From IMG/VR virus record IMGVR_UViG_3300010354_000075, positions 3,306-67,305 of that record: DNA of 64,000 nucleotides; one strand, written 5' to 3'. The DNA comes from a virus. Of this stretch, positions 19,017-28,401 are shown piece after piece. A program made the position numbers and the translations under genes. How positions within the stretch are numbered: the stretch's first letter is position 1; each line of letters starts with the position of its first letter. The notes under the pieces are model-generated. The model did no database searches and was not told the DNA's origin. It saw nothing but the letters and a program-made list of their open reading frames with translations.

Positions 19017-20498
19017 TTAAAGTACTAAACACTCAACTACTTTAGTGTCGACATCTGAATTAGTTTCTAAGGCCACAGCAAACACATCACTATTATTGCT
19101 ATATGCAGCTTGAGCTGTTCCGTCCGGGCCTGCTACTAATTTTTGCCCTTTAATTACTGAACCTGAAACTTTTACTGGAACTCGACCCTTTAAAGCAATA
19201 GCTGTACCGCCTTCTAATCCAGAATTCATCAAATATGCTGGATTGGCACTAACCACTCCTATGGCTAATTGACCTACATTACAAGCAGTGACTTCTTTTT
19301 CACCGCCAATAACTACAACTGTTCCTACTTCGTACTCTTTATCAGCTAGATAGTTTTCTGCTAAGTCGGCGAAATAAGCACTTGTAGCAGTTCCTTGAAA
19401 TAAGATGGCTGTTAAATTGCCTGAAGAATCTCTAGCTGCTACTGTATTTGGTCCAGCTGCTATAGAAGCCGATCTATATGTTCCGCCAACATTTAAAGTA
19501 TTAGATTGTGTTGCTGTACCATTGAAAGTGACAGCAAATACGGTGTTATACTTTAATGCGCTTGAACCAATATTTGATACGCTATCGCTTCCTGGCAATA
19601 CATTATTTCCAACCAAAGTCAAAGGTGTTTTGATACCAGAACTTTGAGTCTGAAATTTAATTGTATCAGAAAGATTATTTTTTAGAATTGGGGTAACACC
19701 GTCAACATCTATTAAGATACTTAAATCGTCACTTGCTCCAACATTTAATCCAGCATCTACAAATTTAGCCACAGCAGTAAATTGTGCTGTCGAAGCTTTC
19801 ACATATTCTGTAGCAGATTCTCCGTTTAATTTTAAAGCATTACTGGCTGTTCCCCAAAATCTATGGTCAGAACTAGTAATACCGGAATCACCGGTATTCG
19901 CCATAGTAATACCTTTTTTAATTTTATTAAATCCTAATGCTGCTAGTTCAACATGATGTGCGTCAAAACTAGTGTCTAATACGAACTCATCATCAGCATT
20001 AACTATAAAAACAACATCTCCGTCTGCGATACCCTCTATAACACCATGAGATACATTACCTAAATCTCTTAAACCTCTGGATTTCATCCCAGTGAAGGCG
20101 AATCCTGCTACACCTTGTGGACCAATTAAAATAAATTCTGTTCCATTCTTATTAGCATACAGCTGATCATTGGCACTATCCCACCAAAAATCCCCAGTAG
20201 TTAATCCTGCTGGAGCAGAGGCAGATACTTCAGCTCCTCCACTAGTACGCCATCTAGTAGAATCATAAAATTTTAATTTTTTAGTGCCGCTGTCAAACCA
20301 TATTTGACCGCTAATTGGTCTAGGAGGAGCAGTAGTTCCTGAAAAACTTTCTAAAAGATGTAGAAAATTTTCATTCTGAACTTCCCCATATCCGGCATAG
20401 TTCTTGCCGATAAGCTTAATATCGGTTGTGGTATCGATTGTACCATCTTCAATAACTGTTAATGTTGTACCATTAAATCTATCAATGCTATATGGCAT
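19017..20498 (-). CDS. Tail fibre/spike with C-terminal peptidase G2-like intramolecular chaperone
   Basis: N-terminal LIGKNYAGYGE..ENFLHLLE..P..GQIWFD module; C-terminal ADLAE..GVVS..PAYLMN..ALKGRVPVKV. Confidence 0.75.
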   Translation of the reverse strand: MPYSIDRFNGTTLTVIEDGTIDTTTDIKLIGKNYAGYGEVQNENFLHLLESFSGTTAPPRPISGQIWFDSGTKKLKFYDSTRWRTSGGAEVSASAPAGLTTGDFWWDSANDQLYANKNGTEFILIGPQGVAGFAFTGMKSRGLRDLGNVSHGVIEGIADGDVVFIVNADDEFVLDTSFDAHHVELAALGFNKIKKGITMANTGDSGITSSDHRFWGTASNALKLNGESATEYVKASTAQFTAVAKFVDAGLNVGASDDLSILIDVDGVTPILKNNLSDTIKFQTQSSGIKTPLTLVGNNVLPGSDSVSNIGSSALKYNTVFAVTFNGTATQSNTLNVGGTYRSASIAAGPNTVAARDSSGNLTAILFQGTATSAYFADLAENYLADKEYEVGTVVVIGGEKEVTACNVGQLAIGVVSANPAYLMNSGLEGGTAIALKGRVPVKVSGSVIKGQKLVAGPDGTAQAAYSNNSDVFAVALETNSDVDTKVVECLVL

Positions 20499-20520
20499 TT
20501 AATTACCCCTTAATCCTATA

Positions 20521-20528
20521 TATTTATT
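20521..20528 (-). promoter_or_regulatory. T4-type late promoter (AATAAATA)
   Basis: One mismatch from TATAAATA, upstream of an AGGGG Shine-Dalgarno and ATG 20498. Confidence 0.6.
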
Positions 20529-20532
20529 TGTT

Positions 20533-22389
20533 TTACGGCGTTGTTACTGGTCCACTTATATTAGATTGCCATACCCAAACTCCTGAAGAAATTTGAAATT
20601 GCTTCGTAACTCGTGTTGTTTGAACAGTGGCATTTCCTAAATCAATCGTAGGGTTAGTGTCAAAATCCTGAAGCACAGGTTCATTTGGCTTCGCTCCTAC
20701 ATTTGCTGTATTATCAACGGCAATATAATGCTTTATAAAATCCCCTGAAGTAACTGGATATGTAGTCGATGTAAAACTCACACTAGGATACGTAATTACT
20801 TGATATGTACAATGTACCCTGGCTACTGTTCCCTCTCCAAAATCAGGATAAGGTGCTATTTCATCTAATACTAACGCTATATCTCCGTCTGATAACCCAG
20901 TACAATCCATGCTTAAGGCTAACGGCTTAGTTTGTACTTGAGTTTCTAAAGTAGTTAGATTCACAGCATCATTAGGACTTACTGGATTAGATAAATTAGT
21001 AATTCTGGAACTAGAGACACTTACATTAGCTGCTCCGTCCGGACTTAAAACTAAATCCTGCGCACTACTAGCTAATGTACTAATTGTATTACCATTTAAG
21101 TTTATATCATCGACAGTTAAAAAAGTTAAACCACTTAATGTAGTAATACCAGGTGCTGATGTAATACTAGCACCAAGAGATGTACCATCGATAACTTTTA
21201 CACCATTAATTCTATATTCTCTACCAGAAGATAAATCCCAATGCTCAGAACTTCTCCACGCACTTGTAGCACTGCTCCACGTAATACTGTGATCAGTAGT
21301 TCCTTTTAAAACTATACCACCTTGATCAGCATAGCTATCTGACGGTGTACTGTCAGATGCTTTAGCTAATTCAATAATATGATCTTCTATAGATAAATTG
21401 CTGCTATCTATTGTAGTTGTTGCTCCCTCTACTAGTAAATTTCCAGTTATTCTTACATCACCGCCTACATCAAGAGTATAAGCCGGTGTGCTTTGAAATA
21501 TACCTAAAGTACTAGAAGCAGCATTAATTGTAATAGCATCAACTAATCCACTAGGCTGTTTTACACTAACTCTAAAATTTTGATTAGTGATGTTAGATTT
21601 TATTTGGAAATTAACTCCGTCTGCTATAACTTCGTTATTTCCAAACGGACCTACAATTAAAGGTAACGTATTTGTTATCTGTACAGTACCTGTAGTACCT
21701 GTAGACTGATTAGTCCTCATAAAAAAGTTAGGACTGATAACATTACCTACGTCATCTATAAGATTATTAGCTCTTACAGCAGTAACATTAAATTTTAATC
21801 CGCTGAGCGAACTAGCATTAAACCCTGGCCCAATGGCGCCGCTGAATCCTGGTATTGTATTTTTAGGAAAGAATTGTAAAACTTCTTTACTCCATATACC
21901 TATAAGCGTAGAGCCTACCCATTGCTTAACAATAGTTCTTGGAATATTATTACTATCAAAGATAGTTTCTACAGTTTCCCCGCTTATACCCTGACTATTT
22001 TTATATATAGGACCAGCTAATTGTAAATCTTCACCATCATAAAAATATAATTGATTTTCTGCGCTATCGATCCACAAATCGCCTTGAACAAATGATAAAG
22101 GTGCTTCCCCTGTAACTATAGGACCGCTACCTAATCTAAATCCGCTTCCATCATATGCTTTTAATCTATTTTCAGCAGTATCAAACCATAATTGTCCTCG
22201 TACAGGATTACTAGGCTGACTTTCTGACGCAAAATTTTCTAATAACTTAACAAAGTTTTCGTTAATGTACTCACCATAACCGGCTACATTTTTACCAATT
22301 AAGGTTAAATCAGTAGCAGTTTGATCAATGGCACTATCAACTATCTCTGTTAATAAGGTTCCATCTGTTTTATTAATTTGATATGACAT
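20533..22389 (-). CDS. Tail fibre/baseplate-attached structural protein
   Basis: Same N-terminal module (LIGKNVAGYGE..ENFVKLLENFA..GQLWFD); beta-rich body. Confidence 0.7.
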   Translation of the reverse strand: MSYQINKTDGTLLTEIVDSAIDQTATDLTLIGKNVAGYGEYINENFVKLLENFASESQPSNPVRGQLWFDTAENRLKAYDGSGFRLGSGPIVTGEAPLSFVQGDLWIDSAENQLYFYDGEDLQLAGPIYKNSQGISGETVETIFDSNNIPRTIVKQWVGSTLIGIWSKEVLQFFPKNTIPGFSGAIGPGFNASSLSGLKFNVTAVRANNLIDDVGNVISPNFFMRTNQSTGTTGTVQITNTLPLIVGPFGNNEVIADGVNFQIKSNITNQNFRVSVKQPSGLVDAITINAASSTLGIFQSTPAYTLDVGGDVRITGNLLVEGATTTIDSSNLSIEDHIIELAKASDSTPSDSYADQGGIVLKGTTDHSITWSSATSAWRSSEHWDLSSGREYRINGVKVIDGTSLGASITSAPGITTLSGLTFLTVDDINLNGNTISTLASSAQDLVLSPDGAANVSVSSSRITNLSNPVSPNDAVNLTTLETQVQTKPLALSMDCTGLSDGDIALVLDEIAPYPDFGEGTVARVHCTYQVITYPSVSFTSTTYPVTSGDFIKHYIAVDNTANVGAKPNEPVLQDFDTNPTIDLGNATVQTTRVTKQFQISSGVWVWQSNISGPVTTP

Positions 22390-22399
22390 TGATTATTCC

Positions 22400-24532
22400 T
22401 TATACATATGTACCGGTGAATATAATATAGTTTATAGTAAGGTATGGATTCATTTTGTTAACAGGCTGGCCTAATGTTGCGTTATCTACACCACCACTAT
22501 TTGTTAAGTATTGACCGTTAGCAGGAGCGTCTGGTCCATTTGTAGTATGAGGAACAGCATCAACATCTGTAATTGGATCAGGCGAATTCCTAGTGGCATA
22601 ATATTGATTGCCTTTAGTACCTGATGCTGTTGTTCCACGCAAATCGTGTTTGTGATCTGGAAGTTGTGTCACACTTAATGTGACTTCTTCCTGCCCGCTG
22701 CCGGCACCAATGTTATCTGCTGTGATATCTGTTACTCTATTAGCTGTAGTTCCTGGATTACCGTCTTTGTCTATAATAGAGCTAACGAACGAACCGCCAG
22801 ATGTAGGAACTAAAGTTCCATTATTCATATTATCGGCACCAAGAGCAAAACGTCCCCTTAAATCAGGCACTCTAAATGTAGATGCTCCGACTAACGGAGC
22901 TGCTCCGTTATAAGTTGTTCCAATAGCAGCAAATAATACTGGATAAGATGAAATTAATTGCTCACTACCATCGCAAAGTAAAAATCCGTTAGGAGCAGTA
23001 GCACCAGCAAAAGGTAGTATAACCCCAGCAGGCATTACACCAGCATTGGCTAAAAAGTTAGATTTAGTAATTTTTCTTAAGCCAATGCTTGGTAAATTAA
23101 TTAATAATTGTACATTAGATGACGATGTTTCTACCGCTGTCTTAGCATTGATTAAATCAGCTGTAATTGTTGTGCTAAAAAACGCTTCTCCGTTAGCTTG
23201 TTGGCCGTTAAAATTTATTTCGTTACTACTTACATCACCTTGTAATTTAAATTTAGTAGCACTAGCCAATCTACTAGCAGTTCCTGATACACTACCTGCT
23301 AATTGTCCAGAAAAACTTCCAAAAAATGTATCAGCGAAAACTTCTCTACTGTGAATTGTTTTATATCTGCTAGTACTAGATCCTAAATCAAAAGTATTTG
23401 TAGTTGTAGGAATAATGCTATTAGAATTAATTTGTCCGGTAACAGTGGCACCTGTACCTACATATAAACTTTTAGCTATACTCACGCCGCCGGCAGTTTT
23501 TATACTACCAGTATTCAAATCTACAGCATTTGTAGTTCCTGTTACTATAAGTTGATCGTTAGTTTGAATATTTCCAGCAACATCTAATGTAGCAGTAGGG
23601 TTAGTTTTATTAATACCAACGTTAGTGCCTGTTAAACTTATAACATCTTTAGCCGTACCGTTTTGATTAGTTCTTAAAAATATGCTAGAGCCTTCTGTCT
23701 TATTATAAAGAATAGTAGCACCACTGCTATCAATAGTAAGACTCGTAGCTAAGTCTGAACCAATCGTCAATCCCAAATCAGTTCGTAAGCTCAAGCTATT
23801 ATTTGATGTACTAGGTTTATCTGATCTTAAAAAATTAACAGAACTAACTACTTCCCCTGATACAACTAAAGCGTCGGCTTTTTCTGCTGTACCCCATAAT
23901 TTATTAACTGTGCTTGTAGCGCCAGCATCGTCAATAGAAGTAATATTAATTCCTTTTTTGACTAAACTGAACCCAGGAATAGTTACCTTTGGAGTAAATT
24001 CATCTTTACTAATAATAATGATAACTCTGTTTGCTACATAAAAATTTATAAGAAGGTGTGTTGAATTTGTAGTATCAAATACAGTCTCAATTTTAGGTCC
24101 TGTTAATGTGCCTTCGCTGAATTGTGGTCCGACTAATACCCAATTAGAACCTGAGAATAGATATAACTGCTGATTAGTTGTATCTGTCCACAAATCTCCT
24201 TTCACAGCATTTAAAGGAGCACTGCCCGATTTTACTACATTGCCTGCTGGTACCCAAGTAGTGCCATCCCATAATTTTAGTTGTGGTTGCCTATTTTCTT
24301 CTATAACATCTGCTTCTGAATCATACCATAACTGACCTACGACTGGATTTGTTGGAGCATTCGCACTCGCAAAATTTTCTAACATATGTAAAAAATTTTC
24401 AGCAATAACTTTGCTGTATCCAGTATAATTCTTTCCTACAAATCCTATACTTTTTTCAATGTTTACTGTTTGGTCTTCTACTGTGATAGTTCCATAGTTT
24501 GGTTTATCTGTATGATCAATTTGATATGCCAT
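22400..24532 (-). CDS. Tail fibre with tail-collar domain
   Basis: Same N-terminal module; collar motif PAGVILPFAG..PNGFLLCDG..YPVLFAAIG..FRVPDLRGRF; LPDHKH; PYLTINYII. Confidence 0.85.
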   Translation of the reverse strand: MAYQIDHTDKPNYGTITVEDQTVNIEKSIGFVGKNYTGYSKVIAENFLHMLENFASANAPTNPVVGQLWYDSEADVIEENRQPQLKLWDGTTWVPAGNVVKSGSAPLNAVKGDLWTDTTNQQLYLFSGSNWVLVGPQFSEGTLTGPKIETVFDTTNSTHLLINFYVANRVIIIISKDEFTPKVTIPGFSLVKKGINITSIDDAGATSTVNKLWGTAEKADALVVSGEVVSSVNFLRSDKPSTSNNSLSLRTDLGLTIGSDLATSLTIDSSGATILYNKTEGSSIFLRTNQNGTAKDVISLTGTNVGINKTNPTATLDVAGNIQTNDQLIVTGTTNAVDLNTGSIKTAGGVSIAKSLYVGTGATVTGQINSNSIIPTTTNTFDLGSSTSRYKTIHSREVFADTFFGSFSGQLAGSVSGTASRLASATKFKLQGDVSSNEINFNGQQANGEAFFSTTITADLINAKTAVETSSSNVQLLINLPSIGLRKITKSNFLANAGVMPAGVILPFAGATAPNGFLLCDGSEQLISSYPVLFAAIGTTYNGAAPLVGASTFRVPDLRGRFALGADNMNNGTLVPTSGGSFVSSIIDKDGNPGTTANRVTDITADNIGAGSGQEEVTLSVTQLPDHKHDLRGTTASGTKGNQYYATRNSPDPITDVDAVPHTTNGPDAPANGQYLTNSGGVDNATLGQPVNKMNPYLTINYIIFTGTYV

Positions 24533-25143
24533 TATTGAACCTCACTTAAACCTGTTAGACTCTGTATTCTCACAGTATAATCGATTTGAATCAATCTGTT
24601 TAAACTTTTCTGAACTGGATGGAAAATCACATGTGTTAATAGTCTACTAGTTCCTGTAGTGCTATAACTTTTTAATCCAAGTTCATCAAATACATAATCG
24701 CTTTTGTTATCACTCGTATTATCGAATGCTTCTTGCCCTGTAGGCTCGCCGTAATCTAAAAGGCAGGTTACAAAAACATCTGTATAATTAACACCTGTGA
24801 TATGTCTAGTCTCTATTTTATTACGAATCGGATCAACATTACTTACGCTACGATCATCTACAACCTTATGGTATGTTTGATTATATAAAGCAGCATTGGT
24901 TCCTGTACTATTAGGTGTTAGGTAAGTGATTATGCCAGTAGGATCAACAGTAGTGCCTCCATTACCAAAAACCATTTCATAAATAAACCCTTGCCCTGAA
25001 TTCGAAATAGACTCAGCAAGAGCTATACTCATATTTTCATAATGAATAGCATTACGCTTATTAATGAATATTTCTTGTGTAGTAGGGTCATAAATTTTAA
25101 TATGCCCTTCGATATGTATTCCTGATAAATCTCTACCTTGCAT
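24532..25143 (-). CDS. Conserved-looking structural protein (baseplate/tail)
   Basis: Has its own late promoter; FDELGL..LLTHVIFHPVQKS..IDYTVRI beta-rich pattern. Confidence 0.6.
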   Translation of the reverse strand: MQGRDLSGIHIEGHIKIYDPTTQEIFINKRNAIHYENMSIALAESISNSGQGFIYEMVFGNGGTTVDPTGIITYLTPNSTGTNAALYNQTYHKVVDDRSVSNVDPIRNKIETRHITGVNYTDVFVTCLLDYGEPTGQEAFDNTSDNKSDYVFDELGLKSYSTTGTSRLLTHVIFHPVQKSLNRLIQIDYTVRIQSLTGLSEVQ

Positions 25144-25163
25144 AAGTTTTCTCTTTATTTGAA

Positions 25164-25194
25164 TATTTACCTAAAAGTATAAAGTGCGTATTTT
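25164..25194 (-). promoter_or_regulatory. Bipartite late promoter AAAATACGCAC-N14-TAAATA
   Basis: Plus strand TATTTA 25164-25169 and GTGCGTATTTT 25184-25194; same spacing as at 47427 and 53467. Confidence 0.7.
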
Positions 25195-25501
25195 ACTTAG
25201 GAAACTGATCTTTAATTGCTTGAATTTGTGCTTTCCAAGCATCGTAACCACCATGAAACATTAAATCTAACTGTTCTTCAATACTAGGATAAGCTTCTGC
25301 TCGTTGTCTTTGATAATCTTTTCTATCATATTCAGCTTGTAATCTTTGTAATTCAGCGTCAACTTCTTGTAAAGTTGGCTTAGGCACATTTTCGCTATAC
25401 CACTCTATGGTACTATAATCATCACCCCACATACTGAATTCAGCATTTGGTCTTAAAGATTTTATAGCATCAGTAATTCTAATTCCGTTTTCTTCTATCA
25501 T
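25193..25501 (-). CDS. Tail fibre assembly protein (XkdW-like)
   Basis: AIKSLRPNAEF..IEW..PKPT..E..RAEAYPSIEEQLD..W..IKDQFPK; directly downstream of a fibre gene. Confidence 0.65.
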   Translation of the reverse strand: MIEENGIRITDAIKSLRPNAEFSMWGDDYSTIEWYSENVPKPTLQEVDAELQRLQAEYDRKDYQRQRAEAYPSIEEQLDLMFHGGYDAWKAQIQAIKDQFPK

Positions 25502-25512
25502 AAATTGTCCTA

Positions 25513-28401
25513 TTATGGTCTAAATTCTGTGACAATAAGATTACTATAGTTTGGCATATCAACAATTCTCCTAGAATTAATAGTCATGTCATAAGAACGA
25601 TTGGCCCAGAAAGCACAGGCATATACTCTATAGGTAATGTATTGCCCGACTTCAGGAGCTACAGGATCTATATAGTTAAAATTAATTCTACGTACAAGAT
25701 GATCTATTGCTTCATTTATACTATAATGAATAAAATTAATATTTGGTAGGGCAGGCCCAAAACCTCCGCCGTATCCTTGACTATTTCCTGCGGTAGTATT
25801 CTGAGTATTTACTGTAGGTACAAATGGACCTCCGTTTATGGATTTTCTTATTTGCCAATGAGTTACATAAGTTGCTGATGCTGCTACATCTACATTAACC
25901 ATAAATCTACTATCTAAACTTAATGGATATATAGTTACTTCTAAAAAATTGCCGGACGGGGCTGCTAATGCCACAGGCGAAGATGAATTTATATACTGAT
26001 AAGCTCTAGCATTATAGCCGCCTTGGTCCCAAGTATTAATACCCCCATTCCACTCTGGTCTACCATATCCAATAGTTTTAGTTTTTATCTGTCTAACTTC
26101 ACTGTTAGCTAAAAAATTAATTCTATCATCTACATAATTTTTAGTAGCTGCTTGTAATGCCGATGTTGGTTTAGCATGTAAGAATAGGGAACCAGATAAA
26201 GATCCTCCAGTTAACGGTAATTTAGTATTATCTATAGTAGATACTGAATTAAATTTAGCGTCTACATAAGCTTTATTAGCGGCATGATTGGCATTAGATG
26301 GATTACTGTGTAATGTTAAAAATCCGCTCATTGTTCCGCCAGTAGTTGGCAAGAATGTGCTAGTATTAACTGTACTGGAAATAGTACTAAATGGACCAGA
26401 TGTTGTTATAGAAATACCTGCGCCGGCTTGTAATGTGCCGCCGCCTGATCCATCATCACTAGCTTTGATAATATAGTACACACCAATAAATGGAGGAAGA
26501 TTGGCATCTGTAGCACTGCTACCTGTTGATCCAATAGAAATTGATGTATTAACAGTACCACTAGGTACACCAGAGCTAACAGAATTTATAGATCCTGACG
26601 GAGTCCCTGCCGACGCCGAAATAATATTAATACCAACTGTGGATCGTTGAGTTTGTAGTATAGTTGGCTGAGGATTGTTTGAATTGGCACTATCGTTATA
26701 AGATGCGCTGTCTCCATCAGAATTTCCAGATTCTAAAATATAATGTGTATGTCCAGGGTCAGAATAGGCATGATCATGAGCAGGTAAAGTATTTCCAGTG
26801 AAAGTGTGACTATGATTAGGAAGAACATTTCCTATAAAAGTAGAACTAGCACTAGCACTATGTGTATGACCAGGAACAGTGGCGTCTTTACTGCCTCCCG
26901 TAGTGTTGGCTTCATATAATCCTCCTGCTCCAACTGGGAACCTATTAATTAAATTAGGAACATTAAAGAAGTCGCCGCTACCTCCATAAGAATAACCTAT
27001 TCTTGAAAACAGTGTAGGATACAATAATTTGCTAATGCTTTGCCCATTACACAATAACCAATTAGCCGGAGGTGTAGCACTACCCCACATTTTAATACTG
27101 CCTGCTAGTTCGTCTACTCTTGCTGGACTAGCAGGTAATTGAATGTCCTGCGATCCGTCAAAGTCTACTCCGTTAATTTTTCTTGGAAATAATAAAGTAG
27201 TTGCTGTTAAAGAATTACCTGTAACGTTACCTGTAACATTACCTGTAACATTACCTACAAAATTAGCAGCAACCACAGTAGTTGCTTGAAAATCTCCAGC
27301 ATTATCTCTAGCTACAACAGTATTAGGAGTAGCTGCGGAGGTAGCATTTACACTCCACGTACTAGCAGCACTACCGTCGTAATTTACAGACCCGCCTGTT
27401 AAAAATGCTCCCCTTGATAATGCGAAAGGACTTACAGAGGTTATATTGATGTCTTGTGTACCATTAAATGATTGTCCGTTAATTAATCTACTAGTTTGTA
27501 GTTGAGTAGCTGTAGAAGCATTGCCTGTGACATTACCTGTGACATTACCTATAAAGTTATTAGCACTAATATTACCTATACTATCTCTAGCCGCAATAGT
27601 ATCAGTAATAGCACTTGTACTAGCAGGCAAATAATCAATTCCTACTAACAAACTATTTGCTTCTAAACTATTTGAAGCAGTGCCTGTAACATTTCCAACA
27701 AAATTAGTAGCGTATACTTTATTCCACTTTAAACTAGGAGCTCCTAAATTCATCGGTTGACCGCTGAAATCAGGAACTAATGCTGGTGCTGTTTCGTCAC
27801 CTATGCCAGTGGTCATACTTCTAGCTAATAGTCTTATATCAGCAAGATTTCCTGCCATACTAGTGTCGCGAACGCTTAATACAAGAACTCCGTTAACATC
27901 ATCTTTAATTGTAGGTGTGTTACTGTTTTCTACATAAATTTTTAAATCGGTGTCATTGCCAATTGTGATGCCAGCATCATTAAACTGACTTGTTGAAACT
28001 GGTATAACACTCAAAATTCCGTTACTTATAGTTAAACCATTTCCTACTTTAATTCCGCCTAATACTGTAGGACTAGCAGTAGGAAGGGTAAAAGAATTAC
28101 TTAAAATTCCGTCATCACTGATAGATAGTCCACTACCAATAATCACTCCTCCTATCTGAGTATCTGTAGCTGGAGGCAAAGTATAGTTTTGAAATTGTGG
28201 AACACTTATAGTGCCGGTGTCGTCTATAGATATTCCTGTGCCAATTTTTACAACACCTAAAAGATTCGTTGAAGCTATAGTATTAATGGATGTTTTGAGA
28301 TCTAAAAAACTTATTTTTTTAGTAGTTAGTCCGTCACTGATAGGAAAAACGTTCCCGTCATTAGGACTAGTTATTTTTACTAAATCTGATATTTTTGCCA
28401 T
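25513..28401 (-). CDS. Long tail fibre with collar domain
   Basis: Three LGGVKxGxGLxI-type repeats, GNVT repeats, collar motif (GSIKMW..WLLCNG..FNVPNL), four HxH motifs, two LPxTGG..AxKxYVD repeats. Confidence 0.85.
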   Translation of the reverse strand: MAKISDLVKITSPNDGNVFPISDGLTTKKISFLDLKTSINTIASTNLLGVVKIGTGISIDDTGTISVPQFQNYTLPPATDTQIGGVIIGSGLSISDDGILSNSFTLPTASPTVLGGIKVGNGLTISNGILSVIPVSTSQFNDAGITIGNDTDLKIYVENSNTPTIKDDVNGVLVLSVRDTSMAGNLADIRLLARSMTTGIGDETAPALVPDFSGQPMNLGAPSLKWNKVYATNFVGNVTGTASNSLEANSLLVGIDYLPASTSAITDTIAARDSIGNISANNFIGNVTGNVTGNASTATQLQTSRLINGQSFNGTQDINITSVSPFALSRGAFLTGGSVNYDGSAASTWSVNATSAATPNTVVARDNAGDFQATTVVAANFVGNVTGNVTGNVTGNSLTATTLLFPRKINGVDFDGSQDIQLPASPARVDELAGSIKMWGSATPPANWLLCNGQSISKLLYPTLFSRIGYSYGGSGDFFNVPNLINRFPVGAGGLYEANTTGGSKDATVPGHTHSASASSTFIGNVLPNHSHTFTGNTLPAHDHAYSDPGHTHYILESGNSDGDSASYNDSANSNNPQPTILQTQRSTVGINIISASAGTPSGSINSVSSGVPSGTVNTSISIGSTGSSATDANLPPFIGVYYIIKASDDGSGGGTLQAGAGISITTSGPFSTISSTVNTSTFLPTTGGTMSGFLTLHSNPSNANHAANKAYVDAKFNSVSTIDNTKLPLTGGSLSGSLFLHAKPTSALQAATKNYVDDRINFLANSEVRQIKTKTIGYGRPEWNGGINTWDQGGYNARAYQYINSSSPVALAAPSGNFLEVTIYPLSLDSRFMVNVDVAASATYVTHWQIRKSINGGPFVPTVNTQNTTAGNSQGYGGGFGPALPNINFIHYSINEAIDHLVRRINFNYIDPVAPEVGQYITYRVYACAFWANRSYDMTINSRRIVDMPNYSNLIVTEFRP
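27215..27256. repeat. 12-bp tandem repeat (TTACCTGTAACR x3.5) encoding GNVT
   Basis: Direct repeat inside the fibre gene; a related copy lies at ~27521-27550. Confidence 0.85.

Noticed and set aside
27215-27550. Tandem repeats as a CRISPR array or DGR repeat
   Set aside because: In-frame 12-bp coding repeats (GNVT) without spacers; no cas or reverse transcriptase gene seen
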